Shown here piece by piece: positions 31,729 through 43,970 of a stretch of 64,000 nucleotides of DNA. The notes beneath the pieces are model-generated. The model searched no databases. It was not told where the DNA came from and saw nothing but the letters and a program-made list of their open reading frames with translations. Within the stretch, counting starts at the first letter, position 1. Each line of letters starts with the position of its first letter. Source of the stretch: Mycobacteriales bacterium (lineage in GTDB: Bacteria; Actinomycetota; Actinomycetes; Mycobacteriales; QHCE01); NCBI GenBank assembly GCA_013362805.1, contig JABFVL010000032.1, positions 22,050 to 86,049 on the forward strand. The letters run 5' to 3'. The position numbers and the translations under genes were made by a program.

Positions 31729-31883
31729 ACTCCCTGTTCGCCGCCTTGTGGTTGCCCGGAATTGTCCCTGGTGCTGGCTACACTTCACGGACGGTAACGC
31801 GGGCCGCGCCCTCGACGGTGGGGCGCGCCGATCGTGATGTAATGGCAAATGCCAATGGTGTTATTTAAGTTCGGGAGGAACTG

Positions 31884-32138
31884 ATGGAGGCGCAGGCCCT
31901 GCGTGAACAGGATCAGAAGATCCTCGAATTTGAGCGTCAGTGGTGGAAATACGCCGGGGCGAAAGAACAAGCGATCCAAGATTTGTTCGGAATGTCTGCG
32001 ACTCGCTACTACCAAGCATTGAACGCGTTGATTGATAGCGACGAGGCGCTTGCCGCTGATCCGTTGCTGGTCAAGCGGCTGCGGCGCCAGCGTTTTGAAC
32101 GGCAACGTGCCCGTTCCGCTCGCCGACTAGAAGCATAA
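31884..32138 (+). CDS. DUF3263 family protein
   Basis: ILEFERQWW..AGAKE.AI...ATRYYQ.LN. Confidence 0.9.
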   Translation: MEAQALREQDQKILEFERQWWKYAGAKEQAIQDLFGMSATRYYQALNALIDSDEALAADPLLVKRLRRQRFERQRARSARRLEA

Positions 32139-32322
32139 ATTTCAGGGCAAACCTACACATAAGACAGGCCAAATTAGTCCTGTTCAATTGCCTACCGCCT
32201 TAAGGGGCTGTCCGGTAGCGTGCCCTGTGGTCGGAGTTGAACTCACTCGAAAGCTTTGTCGGGTGGGCCCAACTTTCGGCCCGAGCCCTACGAAGTGTGG
32301 GGCTGGCAGGTGAGAGTTAAGG

Positions 32323-32538
32323 ATGAGTGGCGCAGTGGCTGCTGGCACTGTTAAGTGGTTCAACTCGGAAAAAGGTTACGGTTTCATCGCGGTGGACGGT
32401 GGTTCGGACGTTTTCGTGCACTTCTCCGCGATCCAGATGGATGGGTATAAGTCCCTCGAAGACGGCCAGCGTGTCGAATTCGATGTTACCCAGGGCCCCA
32501 AAGGCCCCCAGGCGGACGCGGTTCGTTTGTCAGCCTAA
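32323..32538 (+). CDS. cspA: cold-shock protein
   Basis: [23 protein letters not shown]. Confidence 0.95.
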   Translation: MSGAVAAGTVKWFNSEKGYGFIAVDGGSDVFVHFSAIQMDGYKSLEDGQRVEFDVTQGPKGPQADAVRLSA

Positions 32539-32551
32539 GCACCCAAGCGCA

Positions 32552-32585
32552 TCAGGGGCGGTCCCAAAAAAGGGGCCGTCCCTGA
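32552..32585 (+). terminator. hairpin after the csp gene
   Basis: TCAGGGGCGGTCCC...GGGGCCGTCCCTGA. Confidence 0.65.
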
Positions 32586-32606
32586 CGTGTGTCTTACCAC
32601 CCCGCG

Positions 32607-32667
32607 CTTGCACTCGTGAGGTGAGAGTGCTAAACCTGAGCTAGCACTCGGCTGTATAGAGTGCTAG
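32607..32667. promoter_or_regulatory. two tandem CIRCE (HrcA) operators
   Basis: CTTGCACTC-N9-GAGTGCTAA (32607-32633) and CTAGCACTC-N9-GAGTGCTAG (32641-32667). Confidence 0.95.
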
Positions 32668-34404
<1,737 letters not shown>

Positions 34405-34420
34405 GTCCAAGCAAATTCAG

Positions 34421-34453
34421 TTAAGGGGCGGACCCATAGGGTCCGCCCCTTAA
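34421..34453 (+). terminator. intrinsic terminator after groEL
   Basis: TTAAGGGGCGGACCC-ata-GGGTCCGCCCCTTAA. Confidence 0.88.
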
Positions 34454-34572
34454 TGCATACATCCTCTACTGTGGTGACTAGCTCACGATACGTACGAGTA
34501 GGGAAAGGAATGGCGCAAAGGACTTAGTGCGAGTGCGTGACACCCGTTCATGCGCCATATACGGTCAAAGTC

Positions 34573-35559
34573 ATGGAATCCTCACCAAATACCGGTCTAA
34601 GTGGTCGGTTAGGTGATCGCGTAGATCAACCAAAGTTCAACCGCCTCGCGGTGCCACCTTTCGCTGCGCTCACCGCCGCCGCACTCACCATTTTGCAGCC
34701 GCTATTAGCGCGAATTTTCGGCATTGCTGCTTGGAGTGGCTCATTCACGCAAAAACCCGAAGGCACCTGGCACATCGGTCTCACGATGATGGTTTGGTAC
34801 ACCGCGGTAGCCGTCATGGGCGGAGCGCTGCTCGCGCGCCACATCACCCAACGCACCAGCGTGCGCTGCGCGGAATTTTGTAAAGCGGCACTGTGGGCGG
34901 CCGCCGGAGCGCTCTTCGCATTCCCCGTTATCGCCGCACTGGCTAGCGGGGCGGACGTGCCACACGTAACCTGGCCGGGCTTGAGCATGGCCGCGAGTGT
35001 TCCGATAGGAGCGGTTCTTGGCGTTGCCGCCACATGGCTGGCCATTCACTACAGCGCCGTGCGTATTGGAGTGGGAATCAGCGTCGCCTGGGTGTGGCTA
35101 CTCGGATTCGTTTCTGTGGTGATGAGCTGGGGCGACGACGTGCGTCAGAGCGTTCCATTAGGCGCCGCCACCGTGGGTGGTCCTCCCAAGGACGCCGCTC
35201 CAATTGACCACACGCTGCACGAAAGCACGGTCAGCATACTGAAAATGGTCTCGATAGCAGGCCCGATTCTCATCGCGTGCGCACTGTTGTGGTGGGCGCG
35301 CCAAAATGCTCGCTCCGTGTCAGAAGCGATCACCGCCGGGCTAGCTGGGCCACTATTTATCCTTGCCTCGTACCTCGTCCGTCCCAATGCGCTCGATGGC
35401 GCGAATCTTGATTGGTTTCAGTTTTCGCTCCGAATCGTGGGGTTGGCGCTATTGGCCGCCGCTGCGACCTGGGTGATCGCTGTGGTGTGGTGGAGCCGAA
35501 AATTGTCATCGGAAGGGCCGAGTCCGTTGTTGAACATCAAAATCGCGGAAAAGCGTTAA
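34573..35559 (+). CDS. polytopic membrane protein of unknown function
   Basis: About 8 hydrophobic segments. Confidence 0.65.
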   Translation: MESSPNTGLSGRLGDRVDQPKFNRLAVPPFAALTAAALTILQPLLARIFGIAAWSGSFTQKPEGTWHIGLTMMVWYTAVAVMGGALLARHITQRTSVRCAEFCKAALWAAAGALFAFPVIAALASGADVPHVTWPGLSMAASVPIGAVLGVAATWLAIHYSAVRIGVGISVAWVWLLGFVSVVMSWGDDVRQSVPLGAATVGGPPKDAAPIDHTLHESTVSILKMVSIAGPILIACALLWWARQNARSVSEAITAGLAGPLFILASYLVRPNALDGANLDWFQFSLRIVGLALLAAAATWVIAVVWWSRKLSSEGPSPLLNIKIAEKR

Positions 35560-35626
35560 CGTTGCGGTCCGCTCACAGGCGTGTTTAGGCACTGGCTTTG
35601 CTAAAACCTTCGCGTACGGTGGAAAC

Positions 35627-37378
35627 GTGGCAGAAAACAACGCACGAGACCCGCGCATTTCCCGTTTCGCTGCTTCTCGGCTTGGGCCCGAGCAGCGTGC
35701 TCGCGATATTGAGCGACTCAAGTCTGAAACGTTCGATGTTTTGGTCATCGGCGGTGGTGTCGTGGGCGCTGGCGCTGCGCTCGATGCGGCCAGTCGTGGC
35801 TTGAAAGTCGCTCTTGTCGAGGCGCGCGATTTGGCCTCCGGCACCTCAAGCCGAGCGACCAAACTCATTCATGGCGGTTTGCGTTATTTGGAACAACTTG
35901 AATTCCATCTAGTGCGAGAAGCACTCAAGGAACGTGGTCTGCTGTTGGGCGAATTGGCTCCGCACTTGGTGCGTCCAGTCCCGCTGTTGATCCCCATTGA
36001 GCATCGCGTGTGGCAGCGACCTTTCTATGGCGCCGGCATCATGCTGTACGACTTCCTGGGCACCTTGTTTGGCACTTCACGAGGCATGCCTTTGCAGAAA
36101 CACTTCACCCGCAAAGGCACTCGAGAGCTCTTCCCCAGCTTGCGAAAAGACGCCTTGGTGGGTTCCATCAAGTTCCATGACGCGCAGGTTGACGATGCGC
36201 GCTTTGTCATGACTTTGGCCCGCACAGCACTTGCTCAAGGCGCGGCTATCACCACCAGCACCCGTGTGGTGGACATCAACAAAGACGAGCGAGAAGTGAC
36301 GGGTGCTCGAGTGCGTGACCTAGAGTCGGGCGAGGAGTTCGACGTGAAGGCGAGCACTGTCATCGGCGCCGTCGGGGTGTGGAGTGATGACATCTCCGAG
36401 ATGCTTCACAAGAAAATCGGGCTGCACGTTCGAGCCTCTAAGGGCATCCATCTGTTGGTCCCGCGTAGCGCGATTTCTGGTGACGCTGGGCTGTTCCTAT
36501 TCACGGAAAAATCTGTGTTGTTCTGCCTGCCGTGGGGCGCGCATTGGCTGATCGGCACCACGGACACGGACTGGCATTTGGACCGGGCTCATCCGGCCGC
36601 GTCCAGTGCGGACATCGAGTATCTGCTCGAGCACGTTAATAAAGTGTTGGAGCGGCCTTTGTTGAAGAGCGACATCGAGGGCGTTTACGCTGGGCTGCGG
36701 CCGTTGCTCGCTGGTGAGGACGAATCCACTTCTAAGCTTTCTCGTGAACATGCCGTCGTGGAGCCGATGTTGGGCATGATGTTTGTCGCCGGCGGTAAGT
36801 TCACCACTTATCGAGTGATGGCTAAAGACGTCGTTGATGTGGCGGTGGAGCGTCTTCGTAAAGGACGCAAGAGCGCCACGGAGCATATGCCGTTGCTGGG
36901 CGCTGATGGCTACCAGACGGCGTGGAAGAACCGTGCCGAGCTGGCTAGGCGTCACCGGGTCTCCACGGCGATGGTGGAGCACTTCTTGCGACGTTACGGT
37001 TCTTTGACCGTAGAGCTTTTGAAAATGATCGATGAAGATCGGTCGTTGGCTGAAGCGCTGCCCAACACTCACGAATACTTCGAAGTCGAAATTGTTTATG
37101 CGGCGCTGGCGGAGGGCGCTTTGCATTTGGATGACGCTTTGACCCGCCGCACCCGCATTTCGATTGAGACTGTGCACCGGGGCACAGAGTGTGCTGAGCG
37201 AGCGGCTGAGCTCATGGCCGGAGTGTTGGGCTGGGACGCTTCAACCCGCAAAAGCGAGGTAGAGCATTATCTGGCTCGGGTCGCCGCTGAACGGGAGTCA
37301 CAGCAGATGCCGGACGATCAGACCGCCGATGCTGCCCGACTTGGTGCGCATGATGTGCGGGGACTATCTGGAGTGTAA
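35627..37378 (+). CDS. glpD: FAD-dependent glycerol-3-phosphate dehydrogenase
   Basis: IGGGVVG, SGTSSRATKLIHGGLRYL, GTTD, YAGLRPL, GGKFTTYR. Confidence 0.95.
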   Translation: MAENNARDPRISRFAASRLGPEQRARDIERLKSETFDVLVIGGGVVGAGAALDAASRGLKVALVEARDLASGTSSRATKLIHGGLRYLEQLEFHLVREALKERGLLLGELAPHLVRPVPLLIPIEHRVWQRPFYGAGIMLYDFLGTLFGTSRGMPLQKHFTRKGTRELFPSLRKDALVGSIKFHDAQVDDARFVMTLARTALAQGAAITTSTRVVDINKDEREVTGARVRDLESGEEFDVKASTVIGAVGVWSDDISEMLHKKIGLHVRASKGIHLLVPRSAISGDAGLFLFTEKSVLFCLPWGAHWLIGTTDTDWHLDRAHPAASSADIEYLLEHVNKVLERPLLKSDIEGVYAGLRPLLAGEDESTSKLSREHAVVEPMLGMMFVAGGKFTTYRVMAKDVVDVAVERLRKGRKSATEHMPLLGADGYQTAWKNRAELARRHRVSTAMVEHFLRRYGSLTVELLKMIDEDRSLAEALPNTHEYFEVEIVYAALAEGALHLDDALTRRTRISIETVHRGTECAERAAELMAGVLGWDASTRKSEVEHYLARVAAERESQQMPDDQTADAARLGAHDVRGLSGV

Positions 37379-37386
37379 GTAAAAAA

Positions 37387-37425
37387 AATTGAGGGGCTGG
37401 ACCTTGTCGGTCCGGCCCCTCAATT
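37387..37425. terminator. bidirectional terminator
   Basis: AATTGAGGGGCTGGACC...GGTCCGGCCCCTCAATT preceded by an A-run. Confidence 0.85.
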
Positions 37426-37442
37426 GTGCTGCGTGGGTGTCG

Positions 37443-38558
37443 TTATGCCTGGCTGGCTGCGCGGCGACGACGTGCGACGAGCACGAGTGCGGCACCGGCG
37501 GCGATCAGCACGGCGCTACCGACGAGGATGCCGGTGGTGTTGCTACCGGTGACGGGCAGGTCCTTGCCGCCTTCACCAGGAGCGCTTGGGCTAGGAGCTG
37601 GGGTTTCGCTGGGGGTGGGGCTCGGGGTGACCGGGGTTACCGTCCAGGAAGCCTTGGCGCTGGCGTTCACCTTGATCTTCTCGCCCTTGGCGACAATGAA
37701 GGTCTGGGTGGGGTTCTTCGGGTCGGTGCCGCGGAACAGGCGACCGGTGGCGACTGGGGCTTCAGCTTTGGCGGTGATGGTAGCTTCGCCAGCTTCGGCT
37801 GGAGTCTGGATGAAGAGCTTGGTGCCGTTGGTGACGTCACCCTTGATCTCTACACCGGCTTCGTCGACCAGCTTGGCGCCAGCGGGGGCGTCTTTGAGGG
37901 CAACGGTGACCTTGTCGACAGAGGATTTAACCTCGATCGGGCCAACGAGTTTGCCAGCTTCGCCGGTGGCGGTGGCTGGGTTGAGTTCCAAGCTGGGCTT
38001 GGGCTCTTCAACACCGGTGTTGGCTGGGCCGGTCAGGAAGTTGTAAAGCTTGGTGACGGGGGCGGAGTTGCCATCAGCGATCTTGGCGCCATTGCTGAAG
38101 TGCCAGATGGCGAGCTGGGTGCCGGCGATGGCTTGTTCCTTGCTCAGGGTCCCGGCACCGGAGGTGAGGGCTAGAGCGGCCAGGTCAGTCTTGACTGGGT
38201 AGCTGTTGTGCAGGATCCAGGCGACCTTCTTGGGGTTAGCTTTGAAGTTGCCTTCGCCTGGGTAGTTCTTCCAGTCATCTTCGATGTAGTCCGCACCTTT
38301 TTTCGCGCGAGTCTCGACGTCGATGCAGTAGGTGTCGATTTTTTCACCGGTCTCAAGCTTTACGCCGAAGAGGTGGGTTTCGCTGGTGCTGGTTTTGTCG
38401 CTGCCGGTTTTGATGTATTTCACGGATTCGCCGGCGACGGTTTTGCCTTCATACGTGCCTTTGACGGGGGCGGCAACTGCGGTGCCACCTAATAGGCTCA
38501 TAGACGCGGTGGCAACGACCGCGAGGGTGGCGAGAACGCCACGTGTCGAGATGCGCAT
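37443..38558 (-). CDS. thioester-domain (TQXA) sortase-anchored surface protein
   Basis: Signal peptide, YCID, WILHNSYP, TQLAIWHF, TQTFI, LPVTG followed by TM and RRRR. Confidence 0.9.
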   Translation of the reverse strand: MRISTRGVLATLAVVATASMSLLGGTAVAAPVKGTYEGKTVAGESVKYIKTGSDKTSTSETHLFGVKLETGEKIDTYCIDVETRAKKGADYIEDDWKNYPGEGNFKANPKKVAWILHNSYPVKTDLAALALTSGAGTLSKEQAIAGTQLAIWHFSNGAKIADGNSAPVTKLYNFLTGPANTGVEEPKPSLELNPATATGEAGKLVGPIEVKSSVDKVTVALKDAPAGAKLVDEAGVEIKGDVTNGTKLFIQTPAEAGEATITAKAEAPVATGRLFRGTDPKNPTQTFIVAKGEKIKVNASAKASWTVTPVTPSPTPSETPAPSPSAPGEGGKDLPVTGSNTTGILVGSAVLIAAGAALVLVARRRRAASQA

Positions 38559-38779
38559 GCGGGTGTACTCCAGAGTGCGAGATTAATTCCAGAAGAGATG
38601 TGCTCCTAGCCGGCATATCGTTAAAGCACGTGCCAGCGTTACACGTGGAGTGTCACATTTTTTCGCGGAAATAGCTGCCAATTTCGGGAAACTATGACGC
38701 GACATACAACTACTTGTTTACCGCTGATAATGAAAGCCAGATTTGTCGCTCTAGGGAGTGTTTTCCGTACGAATAGTAA

Positions 38780-40435
38780 TTATTCGAATTGCGGCAGTTC
38801 AGGTCCCAAAAGATCATCTGCGTCCACAATTCGATAGGCGTAACCCTGTTCCGCTAGAAACCGTTGTCGGTGTGCCGCGAAGTCAGCGTCCAAGGTGTCT
38901 CGAGCTACCACAGTGTAGAAATGGGCCTGTCGACCATCGCCTTTCGGGCGCAAAACTCGACCAAGCCGCTGAGCTTCTTCTTGCCGCGAGCCGAAAGTGC
39001 CGGATACCTGAATAGCTACCGCGGCCTCTGGCAAATCAATAGAGAAGTTCGCCACTTTAGAGACCACCAGAACATCCACTTCGCCGTTCCGGAATGCGTC
39101 GTACAGCTTCTCGCGCTCTTTATTACTAGTTGAACCTTGAATAATTGGCGCGTTCAAATGGTCACCGAGCTGTTCAAGCTGTTCCAAATAGCCACCGATT
39201 ACTAGAATTTGCTCACCTTTGTGCTGTTCAATGAGCGCCTCTACAACCGGCAACTTTGTTCGGACAGTCGCGCATTTGCGGTAACGCTCATCCGGTTCGG
39301 CCATCGCATAATCCATGCGCTCGGCGTCAGTCAGTGTTACCCGGACTTCGGTGCAGTTCGCTGGTGCGATCCAGCCTTGCGCCTCAATTTCCTTCCAGGG
39401 CGCGTCGAAACGCTTAGGCCCGATAAGTGAAAAAACGTCGCCTTCACGTTCGTCTTCGCGGACCAGCGTCGCGGTCAAACCCAACCGGCGTCGAGACTGC
39501 AAATCGGCAGTGAATCTGAAAACCGGAGCGGGCAGCAAATGCACCTCGTCGTAAATGACCAAGCCCCAGTCTCGAGCGCCGAACAACTCCAGGTTGCGAT
39601 ATTCGCCTTTACGGCGCGACGTCATAACCTGATATGTCGCGATAGTGACGGGGCGAATCTCTTTACGTTCGCCGGAGTATTCACCGATTTCATCCTCGGT
39701 CAATGAGGTGCGCGCCAACAACTCGCGCCGCCATTGGCGCCCAGCCACTGTGTTCGTTACCAAAATGAGCGTTGTGGCCTGTGCGTGTGCCATCGCGGCC
39801 GCGCCCACCAATGTCTTGCCGGCGCCGCACGGCAGCACGACAACACCAGAACCTCCAGCCCAGAAACCATCAGCTGCCTGTTGCTGGTACGGACGCAATT
39901 CCCATCCGTCCTGGCGCAGCGAGATGGGGTGCGCTTCGCCATCGACGTAGCCTGCGAGGTCTTCAGCGGGCCAGCCCAGCTTAAGCAGGGCCTGCTTAAG
40001 GCGGCCGCGCTCACTTGGGTGAACCGCGATGGTGTCCTCATCGAGGCGAGTGCCGAGCATGCCAGACAGTTTCTTGGACTTGGCGACCTCCACCAATACC
40101 GCTCGATCGCTTGCCCGCAACACCAGCCCATGGGCTGGATGGTTGGCGAGCTGAAGTCGCCCATAGCGATCCATCGTCTCGGCGATGTCAACGAGCAACG
40201 CGTGCGGGACCGGATAGCGCGAATATTTGATCAGTGTGTCGACAACCTGTTCGGCATCATGTCCTGCCGCACGTGCGTTCCACAATCCAAGCGGTGTCAC
40301 CCGGTAGGTATGCACATGTTCCGGCGCGCGTTCCAGCTCAGCGAATGGAGCAATAGCCAATCGGGCGGCTGGTGAATCGGGATGGTCGATTTCCAGCAGC
40401 AGGGTTTTGTCGGACTGCACGATCAAGCAAGACAT
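38780..40435 (-). CDS. DNA repair helicase XPB
   Basis: LIVQSDKTLLLE, LPCGAGKT, DEVH, LGLTAT, QRLGR. Confidence 0.95.
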   Translation of the reverse strand: MSCLIVQSDKTLLLEIDHPDSPAARLAIAPFAELERAPEHVHTYRVTPLGLWNARAAGHDAEQVVDTLIKYSRYPVPHALLVDIAETMDRYGRLQLANHPAHGLVLRASDRAVLVEVAKSKKLSGMLGTRLDEDTIAVHPSERGRLKQALLKLGWPAEDLAGYVDGEAHPISLRQDGWELRPYQQQAADGFWAGGSGVVVLPCGAGKTLVGAAAMAHAQATTLILVTNTVAGRQWRRELLARTSLTEDEIGEYSGERKEIRPVTIATYQVMTSRRKGEYRNLELFGARDWGLVIYDEVHLLPAPVFRFTADLQSRRRLGLTATLVREDEREGDVFSLIGPKRFDAPWKEIEAQGWIAPANCTEVRVTLTDAERMDYAMAEPDERYRKCATVRTKLPVVEALIEQHKGEQILVIGGYLEQLEQLGDHLNAPIIQGSTSNKEREKLYDAFRNGEVDVLVVSKVANFSIDLPEAAVAIQVSGTFGSRQEEAQRLGRVLRPKGDGRQAHFYTVVARDTLDADFAAHRQRFLAEQGYAYRIVDADDLLGPELPQFE

Positions 40436-40468
40436 CCCACTAAGACTACCTACTATCCGACGCCGCAA

Positions 40469-42463
40469 CTATCCTGCGTGAGCTCGCGCGAAAGTGAGTC
40501 GGTGCAGCTGAAAAGTGTGCGCGCTCTCCGCGCGTGGGTCTTCGGCTCGCAAAAAGCCGCCACCGACCGAAATCGCGCGCACGGTGCGGGAACGTACTTC
40601 GCCGTGTGGATCCAGGTAACCAATGTCCACCATTTGTTTATCGCCGGCGGCATGAGTCAGAAGTGACAGGATTTCTTCCATAGATTGTGGTCTTGGCGCG
40701 CTCTCTGGTTTCGCGTGAACTGCCGCGTCAGCGCGTCGTAGCAGGGGCAGGGCCGCCCGAATGCTCTTTTCATCTAGCACGGTGGGGGCGCTGGGCTGCC
40801 AGTGTTGCCGCGCTCCGGTGCGTCGTTCTTCCTTGGGCGCAACAACCAAAGAACCCGTGGTGTCTTCCAACGCCAATGGGTATCCGGCGTCGGTGATCAG
40901 GGCGCTGATGCGATGTGCCGCTAGTGGGCTTACCGCCACGGTAGGCGCGAGAAGCCTGAGTTGTAGTGGTGACAATGTGCGATCCGCGATGAGTGAAGCG
41001 AGCAGAGTGGTGTCTTCGCTGCGCAGGTAGCTGCCGACTGCGCCAAGCCTGAGCCCGCCGTGTCGTCTGGCGACGTCGTCAATCAAGTACGTCAAGTTCT
41101 GCGGGATTGGTGTGCGAGATCTTTGGGCGAATAGTTTATGAAGTTCGGCGGCTGTTTTGCCACTTCGTAGTCCTCGGGCCAAGCTTTCGGCGCTCACCCG
41201 GAACACGAGGGCTCCTCCGCTGGATTCTTGGTCGGCCACCAGTGTCATGTCGCTGGCTAGGTCGGATGTGAGCGGTCCGGGAGCGATGATGGTGAGGTCG
41301 GCTTGAACGAGGATGTAGTCGATGGGTGGCGGTAGAACCTTGTCTAGTTCGCGTGCGGCAGCCTCGGGCTCGTCGTGATACAGAAGTCTTCCGTATTCGG
41401 TTAGAGCACCGCGTCCGGTGATTCCGAGACTTTCGGCCTCTCTCAGAATCGCTTCGATCGCGTGGGCACGTGATGGGCTGGCGGCGCGCGCATATCGCCA
41501 ATCCAGCTGTTCGATCACTTCGGTGGGTGTGAGCGATTCTCCGGCTGGACGTTGGGCGAGTATTTCTAGCACTTGTCGACGTAGGGCTGGGGCCGCGCGG
41601 CGGGTGATTTCTGGGCTTAGCGCGGCGATTCTGCGATCGTTTTCGTCCCGGGTTCCGGCCAAATGTGGCAGGCGTGGGGCATTGAGCCATGCATTGGCGA
41701 GAGTTCGCCATTGGATGGGGGCTGGACTCGCGTTCCACACATCGAATTGGGCGGTTGGCAGCCATTCGCCGGGCCGTTCGGCCGTGGTTTCCAGTAGTCC
41801 GGAGCTGTGGCTGATGTCGAGCAATAGCGCGGTGTGTGTTTCGGATTGTTGAAGTGTCTGGGCGAGTTGACGTTGGTCTTTGAGCGCGATTCCGCCGCTG
41901 CGTAGGTTTGCTGGCCCGTTGTCCGCGCAGAAGTTGAGCACGCCTTCGACGCTGCGTAGGACATCTAGTGCGGCAGCGGCGCCGGTGCTTTCGACATTGG
42001 TGTGGATTTTTGCCTGAACCGTGGGCGGTTTGGGGTGAAATTGTGGTGGCGATTCAGGTGGTCCCAGAACTTCGGCGAGCCCCGCCGTGACGTGAATCAT
42101 GTTTTCGAATTCCCATGCCAACGCTCGTTCGCTCAGGGCTTCAAGAGCGGATTCGGCGTCGGCACCGGTTTTGCTGGTGAGTTCAGTCTTGCGATGTGTG
42201 GTTCGTGCGACAGCGAGGATCTCCAGTTCAAAGCGGGTGAGCTGGTGGATCGTGCGCGTCAGCGAGCTCGGGCTGGCAGCGCGGGACGCTAGAGCTGGAA
42301 AGTCGCCTGGCAGGGGTATGGCGAGGTCGGGCCTGATACGCAGCAGCGAGAGTAGTTTTTCATCGTCTAGCGCCCGAAGATGCTGCGCGAGATCGTGGCC
42401 GCGAGTTTTTTCCGCTAGTTTCGCCGATGGTTCGTTAGCGGATTGAGGCGTGCTAGTGCTCAT
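40469..42463 (-). CDS. XPB-associated helicase-C3 / WYL-like protein (Rv0862c-like)
   Basis: LRIRPDL, VQADLTIIAPGPL, PQNLTYLIDDVARRHG; C-terminal WYL-like segment. Confidence 0.85.
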   Translation of the reverse strand: MSTSTPQSANEPSAKLAEKTRGHDLAQHLRALDDEKLLSLLRIRPDLAIPLPGDFPALASRAASPSSLTRTIHQLTRFELEILAVARTTHRKTELTSKTGADAESALEALSERALAWEFENMIHVTAGLAEVLGPPESPPQFHPKPPTVQAKIHTNVESTGAAAALDVLRSVEGVLNFCADNGPANLRSGGIALKDQRQLAQTLQQSETHTALLLDISHSSGLLETTAERPGEWLPTAQFDVWNASPAPIQWRTLANAWLNAPRLPHLAGTRDENDRRIAALSPEITRRAAPALRRQVLEILAQRPAGESLTPTEVIEQLDWRYARAASPSRAHAIEAILREAESLGITGRGALTEYGRLLYHDEPEAAARELDKVLPPPIDYILVQADLTIIAPGPLTSDLASDMTLVADQESSGGALVFRVSAESLARGLRSGKTAAELHKLFAQRSRTPIPQNLTYLIDDVARRHGGLRLGAVGSYLRSEDTTLLASLIADRTLSPLQLRLLAPTVAVSPLAAHRISALITDAGYPLALEDTTGSLVVAPKEERRTGARQHWQPSAPTVLDEKSIRAALPLLRRADAAVHAKPESAPRPQSMEEILSLLTHAAGDKQMVDIGYLDPHGEVRSRTVRAISVGGGFLRAEDPRAESAHTFQLHRLTFARAHAG

Positions 42464-42626
42464 TCACTCAACGTTACGATGCCTGAGCTGACCCTGCTTG
42501 TGCAGGCTGTACGCACGGGCGGACAATACTGGTCCGGTTACTGGCGCGTTAGTGTTTGAGAAATCGGCGCACTTGGGCGCACCTCGCGCAATAACGTATG
42601 ACAAACGACAGAATGGAAGGACGAAT

Positions 42627-42797
42627 ATGGGGGCTAAGAAGAATCCGACACCCGACGAGGGGAAATTGCCGGTTTCAGAGCTCTTGGGCGAATTCCAAGG
42701 GCCTAATAGTCCTTTCGGGGATGACATCCACCTCCCCTTGCCCATTTCGGCGCTGCGTTACGACCATCCTGAGGTTGCAGCTCCCTATCTTGAATAA
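42627..42797 (+). CDS. small conserved actinobacterial protein (Rv0863-like)
   Basis: VSEL...QG..SPFG...P.P...L.Y.HP; GGAAGGA RBS; gene order matches. Confidence 0.7.
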   Translation: MGAKKNPTPDEGKLPVSELLGEFQGPNSPFGDDIHLPLPISALRYDHPEVAAPYLE

Positions 42798-42815
42798 GGA
42801 CGGCGATTTCACGTC

Positions 42816-43682
42816 ATGGTGAACATGTCGAGCCCTATGGCAGCCCGGCGTCGTTTGGGCGTCGAGCTGCGTCGGATGCGAGAGACGGCGGGATTTTCGG
42901 GCGAGCAAGCCGCGGCTGGCTTCGGGTGGTCGCAAGCGAAGATCTCTCGCATGGAGAGCGCGGTCACTCGCCCCACGGTCCGAGATGTCCGGGATCTTCT
43001 GGAGTTTTATCAGGCTGACCCCGTGCTGCGGGATGAACTTTTGACGTTGGCTGCCGTAGCGGCCACTCGTAGCTCGGCGTGGTGGAATGACTACGCCGGC
43101 GCGATTTCGGTGCGGAGCCGACAACGGATCGCGTTGGAAGCCGATGCCTCCACCATTTTGCATTTGGCGGTTAGCGTTATTCCCGGCTTGTTGCAAACAG
43201 CTGAATACGCCAGGGAAATTTTTAGTTGTACAGGGGTGGAGGAAACTCGCCGAAATATTGACCTGGGAGTGGCGGCACGGGCCACCCGCAAAGAATTCGT
43301 AATGCGTCAACCACCCAATTTTCCGGTGGTTATTACTGACGGTGCTTTGCGTTGGCGCCCAGGTAGCGGTGAGGTACAGCGGAACCAACTGCGGTCCTTG
43401 TTGGAGGAAGCCGCGACTACACCGACACTGTCCATTCGGGTATTGCCGCAGTATCCACGGGATGGCATGTTGCCCCTTTCAGATTTTATGATCTACAAGT
43501 TCGCTGATCCGGATGTGCCGGTTGTGGCATATGTGGAAACCCCTACTGGACACACCGAAATAGAAAAAAGAACAGATATTGAGTTCTACGAGGATTCATT
43601 CAACGCCTTACTCAATTTGACTTTAGCGGAAGATGAATCTCTCGAATACATTCAGGAATTGGTGGACAATATCGAAAGGTAA
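42816..43682 (+). CDS. XRE HTH + DUF5753 regulator (WhiJ/Scr1-like)
   Basis: RRRLGVELRRMRE, WSQAKISRME, IPGLLQTAEYA, VAYVET. Confidence 0.92.
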   Translation: MVNMSSPMAARRRLGVELRRMRETAGFSGEQAAAGFGWSQAKISRMESAVTRPTVRDVRDLLEFYQADPVLRDELLTLAAVAATRSSAWWNDYAGAISVRSRQRIALEADASTILHLAVSVIPGLLQTAEYAREIFSCTGVEETRRNIDLGVAARATRKEFVMRQPPNFPVVITDGALRWRPGSGEVQRNQLRSLLEEAATTPTLSIRVLPQYPRDGMLPLSDFMIYKFADPDVPVVAYVETPTGHTEIEKRTDIEFYEDSFNALLNLTLAEDESLEYIQELVDNIER

Positions 43683-43714
43683 ATTGTTTCCGGCATAGCG
43701 AGGAGAGAGCAGCA

Positions 43715-43903
43715 ATGATTGACGTCAAACTGCACCCTGCAATTTGGCGGACGTCGAGCCGGTGTACGGAGGGTAGTAATTGCGTAGCGGTAGCGGCATC
43801 GTCGCAGGAGGTTGCCGTACGCGATACCAAGGCTCAGACGACTCCAGAGCTTTCTTTTTCTATCAATAGTTGGCGCTGTTTCGTGGAGGCAATCGCTCGC
43901 TAA
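43715..43903 (+). CDS. DUF397 domain protein
   Basis: WRTSSRC...NCVAVA...VAVRDTK...W..FV. Confidence 0.92.
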   Translation: MIDVKLHPAIWRTSSRCTEGSNCVAVAASSQEVAVRDTKAQTTPELSFSINSWRCFVEAIAR

Positions 43904-43921
43904 CACATGCGAGATGTTGTG

Positions 43922-43970
43922 AAAGTGGCCTGATCCAACACCCGATCGGTATTGGATCAGGCCACTTTTT
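43922..43970 (+). terminator. intrinsic terminator
   Basis: AAAGTGGCCTGATCCAA...TTGGATCAGGCCACTTTTT. Confidence 0.9.
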
